From Alphaproteobacteria bacterium (lineage in GTDB: Bacteria > Pseudomonadota > Alphaproteobacteria > Rhizobiales > Aestuariivirgaceae), in assembly GCA_028868695.1 (NCBI GenBank), contig JAGWTZ010000012.1:1046-65045 (forward strand): a DNA stretch of 64,000 bases, in the 5' to 3' direction. This document shows, one piece after another, positions 1-9,736 of this stretch; position 1 is the stretch's first letter, and every line of letters begins with the position of its first letter. Both the position numbers and the translations under genes were made by a program. The notes under the pieces are model-generated. The model had not been told where the DNA came from. It did not search any database and saw only the letters and a list, made by a program, of their open reading frames with translations.

Positions 1-1
1 T

Positions 2-352
2 CAGCCTGTGGTCGGCAATTTCGCGCAAGGCATGCTCACCACGGTGCCCCTGCTGGCCAGCCAGATGAAGGCGGGCGTTTCACTCAGGCAAATCCATGAC
101 GTGATCACCGCGCATCATGGCGGCGGCTTTGTGGAAGTCGCACCGCTGGGCACGCAGGAAGCGTTGAACCCGGAAGCGCTCAACAACAGCAACCGCATGC
201 GGCTCTTGACGTTTGGCAATGAAGCGCGCGGGCAATTCGTGCTGATGGCGGTCTATGACAATCTCGGCAAGGGCGCATCGGGGGCGGCCGTGCAAAATCT
301 CAATCTGATGATCGGGGCGGATGAAGCCGCTTCGGTCAATCTTGCTGCTTAA
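2..352 (+). CDS. argC: N-acetyl-gamma-glutamyl-phosphate reductase, C-terminal part (truncated by window start)
   Basis: C-terminal motif [19 protein letters not shown] typical of ArgC. Confidence 0.9.
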   Translation, partial: QPVVGNFAQGMLTTVPLLASQMKAGVSLRQIHDVITAHHGGGFVEVAPLGTQEALNPEALNNSNRMRLLTFGNEARGQFVLMAVYDNLGKGASGAAVQNLNLMIGADEAASVNLAA

Positions 353-363
353 GGGAAAGTGAC

Positions 364-969
364 ATGCAAAAGTTTGAAGTGCTGAACGGTGTGGCCGCGC
401 CACTGAACATCGTGAACATCGACACCGACATGATCATTCCCAAGCAGTTTCTCAAGACCATCAAGCGCACCGGCTTGGGCAAAAGCCTGTTCTTTGAAAT
501 GCGCTACACGCAGGACGGCAAGGAACTGCCGGAATTCGTGCTCAACAAGCCGGCCTACCGCAAGGCGGAAATCCTGGTGGCGGGCGACAATTTCGGCTGC
601 GGCTCCAGCCGCGAGCATGCGCCTTGGGCATTGCTCGACTTTGGCATCCGCTGCGTGATTTCGACGAGCTTCGCCGACATTTTCTACAACAACTGCTTCA
701 AGAATGGCATCCTGCCGATCAAGGTTTCACCCGATGACCTGAAGAAGCTGCTGGATGACGCCTCGCGCGGCGCCAATGCCACGCTCACCGTTGATTTGCC
801 CAACCAGGAAATCCGTGGGCCGGATGGCGGCAAGGTGAAATTCGAGATCGACGCCTTCCGCAAGCATTGCCTGCTCAATGGCCTTGATGACATTGGCCTG
901 ACGATGGAGAAGGCTTCCAGCATTGATGCCTTCGAGAAGAAAGCGGCCGCCGCACGGCCCTGGGCCTAA
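364..969 (+). CDS. leuD: 3-isopropylmalate dehydratase small subunit
   Basis: [13 protein letters not shown] and [15 protein letters not shown] motifs. Confidence 0.97.
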   Translation: MQKFEVLNGVAAPLNIVNIDTDMIIPKQFLKTIKRTGLGKSLFFEMRYTQDGKELPEFVLNKPAYRKAEILVAGDNFGCGSSREHAPWALLDFGIRCVISTSFADIFYNNCFKNGILPIKVSPDDLKKLLDDASRGANATLTVDLPNQEIRGPDGGKVKFEIDAFRKHCLLNGLDDIGLTMEKASSIDAFEKKAAAARPWA

Positions 970-970
970 T

Positions 971-1327
971 ATGCAGAGGCTGCCAATCAATCTGGGTGAA
1001 AAGCTTGCGAAATTCCCGGAGCATTGGTCACCCAAGATTGTTGGCGGCTACAATGGCAACGATCTGCTTGTTGTGAAATTGCAGGGCGAGTTCAACTGGC
1101 ATTCGCACCCGGAGACTGATGATTTCTTCATGGTGCTCAAGGGCCGCCTCACCATCCAGATGCGGGATGGCAATGTGGTGCTAAACCCTGGTGAAATCTA
1201 TGTCGTGCCCAAGGGTGTTGAACATTGCCCCAAGGCCGATGAAGAGTGCCATGTGCTGCTGATTGAGCCGCGCGGCACGCCCAATACTGGCGATGAAAAA
1301 ACCGCTGCCAAGAAGGTGGCGATCTAG
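971..1327 (+). CDS. Cupin domain protein
   Basis: WHSHPETDDFF and VVPKGVEHCP cupin motifs; ATG at 971 follows leuD stop. Confidence 0.85.
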   Translation: MQRLPINLGEKLAKFPEHWSPKIVGGYNGNDLLVVKLQGEFNWHSHPETDDFFMVLKGRLTIQMRDGNVVLNPGEIYVVPKGVEHCPKADEECHVLLIEPRGTPNTGDEKTAAKKVAI

Positions 1328-1330
1328 GCT

Positions 1331-2278
1331 GTGAACTCTGTCCTCACGACAGTCCTTCCCGTTTTTGGCCTCATCGTGCTGGGCTATCTCTTTGCCAAGG
1401 CCAAGGTGATTGATGCTGCCGCTGGGCGCGGGCTGGCGTTATTTGTCTTCAACGTGGCCATTCCCGCCTTCCTGTTCCGCACCATGGCCACGCTCTCATC
1501 CGCCGAAGCCGCACCCTGGGGCCTGTGGGCCGCCTTTTTCGGTGGGCTGGCGATTGCCTGGGTTGTGGCTGCCTTGGTGGCGCGCAGGATTGCCAGCCTT
1601 AAAGTTTCCGGCGGGGCGGCGGCGGCGATGGCCACGGGCTTTGGCAATGTGGGCCTGCTGGGCGGGCCGCTGGCCATGGCGCATTTTGGCGAAGGCGTTG
1701 GCGTGCCACTGGGCCTCATTCTTTCCGTGCACGCGCCCATCCTGTGGACGGCGGCAACCCTTCACCGGGAGATGGCGCGCAATGCAGGCGGCCCCAACTG
1801 GGCTTCAGTGGGGCGGGAACTGCTCAAGAACCTCGGCACCAATGCCATTGTGCTGGCGCTGATTGCGGGTGCGCTGTGGCGGGTGACGGGGCTTGGCCTG
1901 CACCCCATTCCCGACAAGACGCTGGCCATGCTGGGCGACGCATCGGTGCCCACGGCACTCTTTGCGCTGGGTGTTTCGCTTTCCGCCTATTCGCTCAAAG
2001 GTGCCTGGGACGGGATGTTCGCGCTCATTGGCCTCAAGATGTTTCTGGTGCCGCTGCTGGTTTATGTGCTGAGCCATTTCGTGTTTCAGGTTCCGGCCTT
2101 CTGGGCGCGCATTGCCGTGCTGTTCGCCGCAATGCCCACGGGGGCCAACGCGTTTTTGTTTGCGCAGAAGAATGATGAGGCTGTACCAGCCGTTTCTGGT
2201 GCGGTGGCACTGGGAACGGGGCTTGCGGCGCTGACAGCATCTGTGCTGCTCTATTTGATTGATACGGGGTGGATGTGA
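1331..2278 (+). CDS. AEC (auxin efflux carrier/malate permease) family transporter
   Basis: About 10 hydrophobic segments; FNVAIPAFLF, GNVGLLGGP and AAMPTGANAF motifs. Confidence 0.88.
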   Translation: MNSVLTTVLPVFGLIVLGYLFAKAKVIDAAAGRGLALFVFNVAIPAFLFRTMATLSSAEAAPWGLWAAFFGGLAIAWVVAALVARRIASLKVSGGAAAAMATGFGNVGLLGGPLAMAHFGEGVGVPLGLILSVHAPILWTAATLHREMARNAGGPNWASVGRELLKNLGTNAIVLALIAGALWRVTGLGLHPIPDKTLAMLGDASVPTALFALGVSLSAYSLKGAWDGMFALIGLKMFLVPLLVYVLSHFVFQVPAFWARIAVLFAAMPTGANAFLFAQKNDEAVPAVSGAVALGTGLAALTASVLLYLIDTGWM

Positions 2279-3447
2279 TGAAGCATTTTGACGTGGTGAT
2301 TGTGGGCGGGGCGATTGTCGGCTCTTCCACGGCCTATTTCCTGCGCAAGAACGGGTTCAAGGGCTCCATCGCGGTGATTGAAAAGGACCCGACCTATGCC
2401 AAGGCCTGCACGCCCTTATCCTGGGGCGGGGTGCGCAAGCAATTTTCAACGCCGGAGAACATCCGGCTTTCAACTTTCGGCTTCAACATCATCAGTGATG
2501 TGAAAAAGGAATTCGGGCCGGAGGCCGACATCAGTTTCCGCGAAACCGGCTATCTGGTTCTGGGCAGCGAGGCTTCTATCCCCGTTCTTGAAGAAAACGC
2601 CAAGCTGCAGCGCTCCATGGGCGCTTTTACCGAGCTCTATTCTCCTGCCGAGCTTGCCCGGAAATTTCCGCATGGCAATTTCGAAGGCATCGCCATGGCC
2701 AGTTTCGCGCCCAAGGGCGAGGGCTGGTTTGACCCTTACGGGCTGATGAACCTGGTGCGCAAGGGCGCGGCCGCCAAGGGCGCAACCTATATCGCCGATG
2801 AGGTGGTGGCCATCGAGGCGGGCGATAAAGTTTCGTCCGTCACGCTCAAGTCCGGCGAGAAGCTGGGGGCAGGTGCGGTGGTGAATGCGGCCGGCACGGC
2901 TGGCGGCGCCGTGGCGGCGATGGTGGGCTTCAACCTCCCTGTCTCTGCCGCCAAGCGTTTCACCTATATCGTGGATTGCCCGGCGGCACCTGATGCACTT
3001 CGCAAGGGGCCGGCCTGGTTCAATACGGACGGCACCTATTGGCGGCCTGAGGGGCGCAATTTCATGTTCGGCTTCACGCCCTCTGAGGATGAAGAGCCCA
3101 AGGTTGCGGATTGGGAGATGGAACATCACTGGTTTGAAGAGAAGATCTGGCCTTCAGCCTTTGAGCGCGTGCCGGTGTTTGAATCGCTCAAGGTGATCAG
3201 CGGCTATGTGGGCCATTATGATTACAACTGGTTTGACCAGAACGGCGTCATCGGCCGGCACCCGGCCATCGAGAATTTCTATTTCGGCAATGGCTTTTCC
3301 GGCCATGGCATCCAGCAAGGGCTTGCCACCGGCAATGCCATTTCCGAGCTGATCATGCATGGCGAATACCGGACGATGGACCTGAAGGCCCTGGGCGTGG
3401 AGCGGATTGCCGCCAACAAGCCGCTTTTTGAAAAGAACATCTTTTAG
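2278..3447 (+). CDS. FAD-dependent oxidoreductase (DAO/sarcosine oxidase beta-like)
   Basis: N-terminal GGAIVG dinucleotide fold; GFSGHGIQQG near C-terminus; TGATG coupling to upstream gene. Confidence 0.88.
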   Translation: MKHFDVVIVGGAIVGSSTAYFLRKNGFKGSIAVIEKDPTYAKACTPLSWGGVRKQFSTPENIRLSTFGFNIISDVKKEFGPEADISFRETGYLVLGSEASIPVLEENAKLQRSMGAFTELYSPAELARKFPHGNFEGIAMASFAPKGEGWFDPYGLMNLVRKGAAAKGATYIADEVVAIEAGDKVSSVTLKSGEKLGAGAVVNAAGTAGGAVAAMVGFNLPVSAAKRFTYIVDCPAAPDALRKGPAWFNTDGTYWRPEGRNFMFGFTPSEDEEPKVADWEMEHHWFEEKIWPSAFERVPVFESLKVISGYVGHYDYNWFDQNGVIGRHPAIENFYFGNGFSGHGIQQGLATGNAISELIMHGEYRTMDLKALGVERIAANKPLFEKNIF

Positions 3448-3530
3448 AAACCAAACAGTGTCGGAATGCTTTGATCCGGCCGGGCGGAATCGTCTATCAG
3501 GCTGGCCCAAACCCTTTCTTGCGAGTTGCC

Positions 3531-4427
3531 ATGCCTCATCACAACGCCCTGCTGGGCAAGCCAGTTGCAGACGACATTTTTGCCAATGTGCAGGATGGCG
3601 TGAAGGCGCTGCAGGAAAAGGGCTGGAACCCCAAGCTCGTTTCCATCACAATTGGCGATGTGCCGGCGGTGAACCTCTATGTGCGCAACCAGGCGCGCGG
3701 TGCGGCCCGCGCCGGCGTGGGCTTTGAAGAGCGCAACCTGCCGGAAAACATCTCTCGCGTGGAAATGCTGGGCCTGCTGCAGGCGCTGAACACAGACCCG
3801 CGCGTCACCGGCATCATCATCCAGCGGCCCATCCCCAAGCATCTCTCCATCAAGGAGCTTCAGGCGGCGGTGCATCCACTCAAGGATGTGGAGGGCATGC
3901 ACCCGGCCTCCATCGGCAACATCGTCTACAAGGATGTGGCGCTGGCGCCCTGCACGGCGGCGGCCTCGGTGGAATTGCTCAAGCGCACCGGGCTGAAGCT
4001 TGAAGGCCTCAATGTTGTGGTGATCGGGCACTCGGAAATCGTGGGCAAGCCCATCGCCTTTCTCCTTCTGGCAGAGGGTGCCACTGTCACTGTCTGCCAT
4101 CACATGACGCGCAACCTGGCCGTCCACTCACGCGCGGCGGATGCTGTTTTCGTGGCGGTCGGGCGGCCGCGCTTCATCACTGCCAACATGATCAAGCCGG
4201 GGGCCGCCGTGATCGACATCGGCATCAACCAGATCGAGGAAGACGGCAAGACGCTCACCGTTGGCGATGTGGATTTTGGCCCTTGTGCCGAAGTGGCGGG
4301 CTGGATCACGCCGGTGCCCGGCGGGGTGGGGCCAGTGACGGTTTCCATCCTCATGCGCAATGCGCTAGTGGCCGCGCAGACTCAGGCCGAGTTCTACGAA
4401 CGCCAATTTGGCGGCGCGGCGGAATAG
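3531..4427 (+). CDS. folD: FolD-family methylene-THF dehydrogenase/cyclohydrolase with atypical catalytic motifs
   Basis: PCTAAA, IVGKP and ITPVPGGVGPVTVSILM motifs; but YVRNQ, KDVEG and GHS replace the usual YxxxK, KDVDG and GRS. Confidence 0.85.
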   Translation: MPHHNALLGKPVADDIFANVQDGVKALQEKGWNPKLVSITIGDVPAVNLYVRNQARGAARAGVGFEERNLPENISRVEMLGLLQALNTDPRVTGIIIQRPIPKHLSIKELQAAVHPLKDVEGMHPASIGNIVYKDVALAPCTAAASVELLKRTGLKLEGLNVVVIGHSEIVGKPIAFLLLAEGATVTVCHHMTRNLAVHSRAADAVFVAVGRPRFITANMIKPGAAVIDIGINQIEEDGKTLTVGDVDFGPCAEVAGWITPVPGGVGPVTVSILMRNALVAAQTQAEFYERQFGGAAE

Positions 4428-4430
4428 GCA

Positions 4431-5123
4431 GTGGGTGATACGGTCATCGGCGTCGATGGCTGCCGCGCGGGCTGGATTGCCGCCATCTGGCAGGGTAGCC
4501 AGATCCACACCAAGCTATTTCCGCAATTTGCGGAGATCCTGAATCAGGAAGCCGAGGTCATCGCCGTGGATATTCCCATGGGCCTGCCCAATGCCCACGG
4601 GCGGCAGGCGGAACAGTTGGCCCGCAAGGCGCTGAAGGGGCGGGCTTCCAGCATCTTTGCCGTGCCATCGCGCGCCGCTGCCGCAGCCATGGACTATCCG
4701 TCTGCTTGCGCGATCAACCTCCGTCATTCCCATCCGCCCCGCAAACTGTCGAAGCAGGTGTTCCACCTTTTTCCAAAAATCCGCGAGGTTGATGCGGCCT
4801 TGACGCCTGCCTTGCAATCACGCGTTTTTGAAACCCATCCTGAATTGGCCTTTAGTGTGATGAATGGCGGCATTGCCTTGCGCCACAGCAAGAAGACGCA
4901 AGAGGGCGCGCACGAACGCCTTGCTCTTCTGGCGCAGCAGGGCCTGCCACCACTTCATCACTCATCCTTTGATTATTTGCGCAATGATGTGCAGCGCGAT
5001 GATGTGATAGACGCCTCTGCCGCGGCCTGGAGTGCGCGGCGTATTTTTGAAGGCAAAGCCCTGCATTACCCGGAAAGCCAAGAGCGGGACGCGCTGGGTC
5101 TCCTCATGCGCATCCACGCGTAA
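4431..5123 (+). CDS. DUF429 family protein (predicted RNase H-fold nuclease)
   Basis: IGVDGCRAGW, AVDIPMGLP, FETHPEL and DDVIDA motifs. Confidence 0.8.
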   Translation: MGDTVIGVDGCRAGWIAAIWQGSQIHTKLFPQFAEILNQEAEVIAVDIPMGLPNAHGRQAEQLARKALKGRASSIFAVPSRAAAAAMDYPSACAINLRHSHPPRKLSKQVFHLFPKIREVDAALTPALQSRVFETHPELAFSVMNGGIALRHSKKTQEGAHERLALLAQQGLPPLHHSSFDYLRNDVQRDDVIDASAAAWSARRIFEGKALHYPESQERDALGLLMRIHA

Positions 5124-6026
5124 TCACGCCTTGGGTGCCTTTACATATTTCCGCCAGTTGTGCTCTTCCCTAAAGCCGAGCACTTCGCGGATCTTGCGGT
5201 TGCTCAGCGGCGCTTCATCACCCACAAGCTTGCGGCGGTGTGGCGAATTGGGCGCATGCTTGTTGAGGAAAGCTTCAGTGGGCTCGTAAGCGGTGATGGT
5301 GTCATTCACGGCGTTGAAAACCTGATAGCCTAGGCCATCCTTGCCGAGGCACAGATGCACGATCTGGCCAAGATCACGCGCGTCGATGTAGCTCCAGGCG
5401 TTGCGCTTGCGAGCCAGCGGGTTGGCCATGAAGCCGGGGAAACGGTCATACTCATGTGGCTCAATGACGTTGCCAATGCGCAAGGCATAGATATCGGCGT
5501 TGAAGCGGCTGGCAAATGCGCGGGCGGTTTTCTCGTTCACCACCTTGGAGAGGCCGTAGCTGTCCATCGGGTCCACGTCATAGTCTTCCTCCAGCGGAAA
5601 ATGCTGGTAGTCCTTGTCGCCCTCCGCAAAGCAAACGCCATAGGTTGTTTCGCTTGAGGCGATCACCACCTTGCGCACGCCCAATTTCATGGCGGCTTCA
5701 ATGACGTTGTATGTGCTTGTCACATTGGCGGCGAAAGTCTTGTTGTCGGGCTCCAGCAAAACGCGGGGGATGGCGGCAAAATGGACAACTGCGTCCGGCG
5801 GACCGGCGGCGCGGCCCTTCTCGAAATCATTAAAGTCAAAATGCTGGGAAAGGGCATTGAAGGTCTGGCCGCTGTCGGTGAGATCAGCGGTGAGATTTTT
5901 AACACCCGGATGCTGCAAGGGTTTCAGGTCCACATTGAGAATGTCATAGCCCTTGCCCAGAAGCCAAGGAATGACGTGGCGGCCCGCCTTGCCAGAACCA
6001 CCTGTAAACACAATGCGTTTGCTCAT
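5124..6026 (-). CDS. NAD-dependent epimerase/dehydratase (extended SDR)
   Basis: TGGSGKAG, HFAAIP and YGLSK motifs. Confidence 0.9.
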   Translation of the reverse strand: MSKRIVFTGGSGKAGRHVIPWLLGKGYDILNVDLKPLQHPGVKNLTADLTDSGQTFNALSQHFDFNDFEKGRAAGPPDAVVHFAAIPRVLLEPDNKTFAANVTSTYNVIEAAMKLGVRKVVIASSETTYGVCFAEGDKDYQHFPLEEDYDVDPMDSYGLSKVVNEKTARAFASRFNADIYALRIGNVIEPHEYDRFPGFMANPLARKRNAWSYIDARDLGQIVHLCLGKDGLGYQVFNAVNDTITAYEPTEAFLNKHAPNSPHRRKLVGDEAPLSNRKIREVLGFREEHNWRKYVKAPKA

Positions 6027-6047
6027 CGTTTATCCTTTCAAAACTTG

Positions 6048-7895
6048 TCAGCCGAAGGCCTTCGCCATGATGGCGTCGAGCCGCCTGGCGAAAGCCGCGG
6101 GGTCTTGCACCACTTCGCCCTCCATCATGGTGGCCTGGTCGAGCAGCAGGTGGGCCGCATCCTCGACTGCGCTTGCACCTTTGGCCTTCAAGGCCGCGCC
6201 CAGTGCCTTGATGAGGCCGTGGGACGGGTTGATTTCCAGCACCGGTGCGGAAACAGACACGCCGGAATCCTTCTGGCGTGAGAGGAGCTTTTCCAAGGTG
6301 CGGTCCATCTGCCCGTCATTCACGATGCAGCAGGCCGATTCGGTGAGGCGTTTCGAGGCGCGCACATCCGAAACGCGGGCCCCCAAGGCCTGCTTGAATG
6401 CGGTGATCAGCGTGGCTGTCTCGGGCGTGTCCTTTGGCTCATCCTTTTTCTCGTCAGCCGGCTTGATGCCGTCGAGATCAGCAGCGCCCTGGGAAACGGA
6501 TTTGAAAGGCTTGCCTTCAAAGCCCATGGCGGTGCGCACCCAGAAGGCGTCCACCGGGTCGGTGAGGAGCAGAACCTCAATGCCACGGGATTTGTAGCCC
6601 TCAAGCTGCGGACTGGCGGCCGCCTTGGCGGCATCTTCGGCAGTGAGATAATAGATTGCCGTCTGGCTTTCCTTCAGGCCGGCGGCATAGTCCTTGAGCG
6701 TGACTGAATCGCGCGTGGTGGATTTGAAACGGCAGACTTCAAACAGCGCATCGCGCCGCTCCCAATCCTCATAAAGGCCTTCCTTGATCACGGGGCCGAA
6801 GGTTTCCCAGATTTTGGCGAAGGTGGCGGTGTCGCTCTCGCCCAGCTTTTTCAGCTCCTGCAGCACCCGGTTGGTGACCGCCTTGCGGATGGCCGCCACA
6901 TCCGGATTGTTCTGCAGCATCTCGCGGCTGATGTTCAGCGGCATATCAGAGGAATCGATGACACCGCGCACGAAGCGCAGGTAAGGCGGCAGCAATGCCG
7001 CGTCATCGGCAATGAACACGCGCTTTACATAGAGCTTCTGGCGGCCCTTGCGCTCAGGGTCGTAAAGGTCAAAGGGGCGTTCACCCGGCACATAGAGCAG
7101 CACATTGTATTCCTGCTTGCCTTCGGCGCGGTAGTGGATGGTGAGTGCGGGGGCCTCGCTGGTGTGGCTGAGCGTGCCAAAGAATTCCTTGTGCTGCTCG
7201 GCCGTCACCTTGGCCTTGGGCTGCATCCAGATCGCCGAGGCTGAATTGATCTGCCGTGAGCCTCCTTCTTCCACCAGCATGATAGGGTGAGTGATGTGGT
7301 CGGAATAGGTTTTCACAACCTCTTCGATCTTCCAGGCTTCAAGATAGTCCGCCGCGTCGTCGCGCAAGTGCAGGACAATCCTGGTGCCGCGCTCCAGCTT
7401 TTCCGCTTCATCGACCGTGAAGGTGCCTTCGCCCTTGGAGCGCCAAACGTTGCAGGCTTTGGCGCCCGCCTTGCGGGAGAAGACCTCAACCTCCTTGGCC
7501 ACCATGAAGGCGGCATAAAAGCCCACGCCAAACTGGCCGATGAGCTCTGGCGCATCCTTGGCCTTGGCGGCGAAGGCCTGGGTGCCGGAGCGGGCGATGG
7601 TGCCGAGGTTGTCGGTCAATTCCTTGGCGGACATGCCGATGCCGGAGTCTGTGATGGTCAAGGTCTTGGCCGCCTTGTCGGGCGTGATGCGGAGTTCAAG
7701 CCTTGCGTCCTGTTCCAGCAGCTCTGGCTTGGCGATGGCCTCATAGCGCAGCTTGTCCAGCGCGTCGGAAGAATTGGAGATCAATTCGCGCAGGAACACG
7801 TCCCGGTCGGAATAGACTGAATGCACCATCATGTGCAGCAGCTTGCCGACTTCGGCCTGGAATTCCTGCGGTTTGGATGTGTTGTCCTTGCTCAT
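6048..7895 (-). CDS. htpG: Molecular chaperone HtpG (Hsp90)
   Basis: FLRELISNSSDA, NLGTIARSGT, IGQFGVGFY and LPLNISRE-like motifs; start placed at MSKDN. Confidence 0.97.
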   Translation of the reverse strand: MSKDNTSKPQEFQAEVGKLLHMMVHSVYSDRDVFLRELISNSSDALDKLRYEAIAKPELLEQDARLELRITPDKAAKTLTITDSGIGMSAKELTDNLGTIARSGTQAFAAKAKDAPELIGQFGVGFYAAFMVAKEVEVFSRKAGAKACNVWRSKGEGTFTVDEAEKLERGTRIVLHLRDDAADYLEAWKIEEVVKTYSDHITHPIMLVEEGGSRQINSASAIWMQPKAKVTAEQHKEFFGTLSHTSEAPALTIHYRAEGKQEYNVLLYVPGERPFDLYDPERKGRQKLYVKRVFIADDAALLPPYLRFVRGVIDSSDMPLNISREMLQNNPDVAAIRKAVTNRVLQELKKLGESDTATFAKIWETFGPVIKEGLYEDWERRDALFEVCRFKSTTRDSVTLKDYAAGLKESQTAIYYLTAEDAAKAAASPQLEGYKSRGIEVLLLTDPVDAFWVRTAMGFEGKPFKSVSQGAADLDGIKPADEKKDEPKDTPETATLITAFKQALGARVSDVRASKRLTESACCIVNDGQMDRTLEKLLSRQKDSGVSVSAPVLEINPSHGLIKALGAALKAKGASAVEDAAHLLLDQATMMEGEVVQDPAAFARRLDAIMAKAFG

Positions 7896-7920
7896 CTTGA
7901 TATCCCCGATTTGGCGGCGG

Positions 7921-7949
7921 ATATTGGAAATGTTGGCTGATCCGTCAAG
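7921..7949 (-). promoter_or_regulatory. RpoH (sigma32)-type promoter of htpG
   Basis: Minus strand reads CTTGAC-N16-CCAATAT, 26 nt upstream of the ATG; fits a heat-shock gene. Confidence 0.7.
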
Positions 7950-7977
7950 AGGCAGGATGGCACAGCGGCCTGCGCAC

Positions 7978-8008
7978 AAAAAAATGGCGGTTGCAACTGG
8001 CAACCGCC
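7978..8008 (-). terminator. Rho-independent terminator
   Basis: Minus strand GGCGGTTGC-CAGTT-GCAACCGCC followed by ATTTTTTT; no CDS ends nearby. Confidence 0.75.
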
Positions 8009-8128
8009 TTAGGGATGCTCACAGACTCACAAACGCAAGTCTTGGGACACAGGGGAGCCCGGCCAGTTATCTGGGCTTCGAGGGGCTGGGGGGCTGTAAC
8101 GAAGCCAACCGGCCGGGCCGTCGAGGCA
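7978..8128 (-). ncRNA. Candidate ~150-nt small RNA
   Basis: TATAAC -10-like hexamer (8140-8135), long hairpin 8057-8118 with C-rich loop, CUCCCC segment, then terminator. Confidence 0.55.
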
Positions 8129-8254
8129 ACGGGTGTTATATTGACCTGTATCTTGTCCAAGGCTTGAAGGAATTGAGGCGAAACTTGGGTATTTCTGCTC
8201 TTGCAATAAAGTCATCCCCGTCTCATGTTACGGGGCGATGACGGGCATGTTTCG

Positions 8255-8602
8255 ATGAGTGGTGACAGTCCTGAAATTTTGCGGTTTCCCCAGAAATCGC
8301 AAAGACCGGTTGTGTTTGACCGGGCAGAGCTTTCGCTGATCCTCAATCTCTACGGGCGGCATGTGGCCGAGGGCGAGTGGCGCGACTATGCCATGGATTT
8401 CGGCAAGGAGATGGCCCGCTTCGACATTCACCGCCGCGCCTCTGAACAGCCGCTCTATTCCGTGGTCAAGAATCCGGCTCTGGCAGGCAAGGGTGGCCTT
8501 TTCTCGGTGGTGGCGCCAGGTGGCCTGATCATGCGCCGCGGCAATGATCTGGCGCAGGTGCTGCGCGTTCTGGAAAAGAAGCCGAAATTCGAGACAGTCT
8601 GA
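8255..8602 (+). CDS. DUF2794 family protein
   Basis: VFDRAELSLILNLYGRHVAEGEWRDYAMD resembles DUF2794. Confidence 0.8.
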   Translation: MSGDSPEILRFPQKSQRPVVFDRAELSLILNLYGRHVAEGEWRDYAMDFGKEMARFDIHRRASEQPLYSVVKNPALAGKGGLFSVVAPGGLIMRRGNDLAQVLRVLEKKPKFETV

Positions 8603-8665
8603 GGTCTCAAAGGAAAACGCCGCTGACGGGGCCAGCGGCGCTTGCAACAGTGCCCAAAGATGGGT

Positions 8666-9400
8666 TCAGCGGCGGTCGCCGAACAGGCGCAAGAGGCTCA
8701 GGAACAGGTTGATGAAGTCCAGATACAGCCGCAAGGCACCCATGATGGCCAGGCGGCCAATGGCTTCGCCGTCACGGCCCGCATAGTAATACATGTTGCG
8801 GATGCTCTGCGTATCCCAGGCGGCAAGGCCGGTGAAGACCAAGACGCCAATCACCGACAGCGCGAAGTTCACAGCCGAGCTCATGAAGAACAGGTTGATG
8901 AGCGAGGCGATCACCAGGCCAAACAAGCCCATGAACAGGAACGAGCCGAAGGATGTGAGATCACGCTTGGTGGTGTAGCCATAGAGGCTGGTGGCCGCGA
9001 AGGCTGCCGCCGCGCAGAAAAAGGCGCGGGCAATGGAGCCATGGGCGTAGACCATGCCCAAGGTCGAAAGCATAACACCATTGAGGATGGAATAGGCCCA
9101 GAAGCTCAGTTGCGCGGTGGCGGCGCTCATGCGGTTGATGCCGAAAGACAGGAACATCACCAATCCGAAGGTGGCCAGCATCAGCAGCAAGCTGGCCGGG
9201 CCGCTGAACAGACTGGCGCCAAAGGGCGTCAGGCCATTGGGGCCAACGGCCATGCTATAGGTGCCCACGGCCGCAAGGCCGGTGAGCGCCAAACCGCCCG
9301 CCATGTAGTTGTAAACCTTCTGCATATAGGCCCTGAGGCCCAAATCCATCGCTGTGCCAGCGCGCTGGCCAGACTGTTGGAAACCCCGGAAATCAGACAT
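8666..9400 (-). CDS. Bax inhibitor-1/YccA family membrane protein
   Basis: Seven TM segments; YGYTTKRDLT and GALRLYLDFINLFL motifs. Confidence 0.93.
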   Translation of the reverse strand: MSDFRGFQQSGQRAGTAMDLGLRAYMQKVYNYMAGGLALTGLAAVGTYSMAVGPNGLTPFGASLFSGPASLLLMLATFGLVMFLSFGINRMSAATAQLSFWAYSILNGVMLSTLGMVYAHGSIARAFFCAAAAFAATSLYGYTTKRDLTSFGSFLFMGLFGLVIASLINLFFMSSAVNFALSVIGVLVFTGLAAWDTQSIRNMYYYAGRDGEAIGRLAIMGALRLYLDFINLFLSLLRLFGDRR

Positions 9401-9430
9401 TGCATACTCCTTTGAGCGGTTTGACAGGGA

Positions 9431-9459
9431 ATATGGGTGTGCGGCCGCGGCGCGTCAAG
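9431..9459 (-). promoter_or_regulatory. RpoH (sigma32)-type promoter of the yccA-like gene
   Basis: Minus strand CTTGAC-N16-CCCATAT, overlapping the stop region of phhB. Confidence 0.65.
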
Positions 9460-9736
9460 GCTTGGCGGCGGCGAAGCTTTCCATGGCTTTGGCAAGCTTA
9501 ATATCGAGCTCGGTGACGCCACCGGCCGAATGGGTGGTCAAAGTCACGTCCACCCGGCCATAGACATTGGACCATTCGGGGTGGTGATCCATCTTTTCGG
9601 CCGTGAGCGCCACTTTGGCCATGAAGCCGAAGGCGTCGGTGAAATTCCGGAAGCGGAAGGATTTGCAAATGGCTTCGCGGCCCTCGGCCTTGCTCCAGCC
9701 CGGCAACTCCTGAAGTGCTGCCTCAAGGCCGGTCAT
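9455..9736 (-). CDS. phhB: Pterin-4-alpha-carbinolamine dehydratase
   Basis: [24 protein letters not shown] motif. Confidence 0.95.
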   Translation of the reverse strand: MTGLEAALQELPGWSKAEGREAICKSFRFRNFTDAFGFMAKVALTAEKMDHHPEWSNVYGRVDVTLTTHSAGGVTELDIKLAKAMESFAAAKP

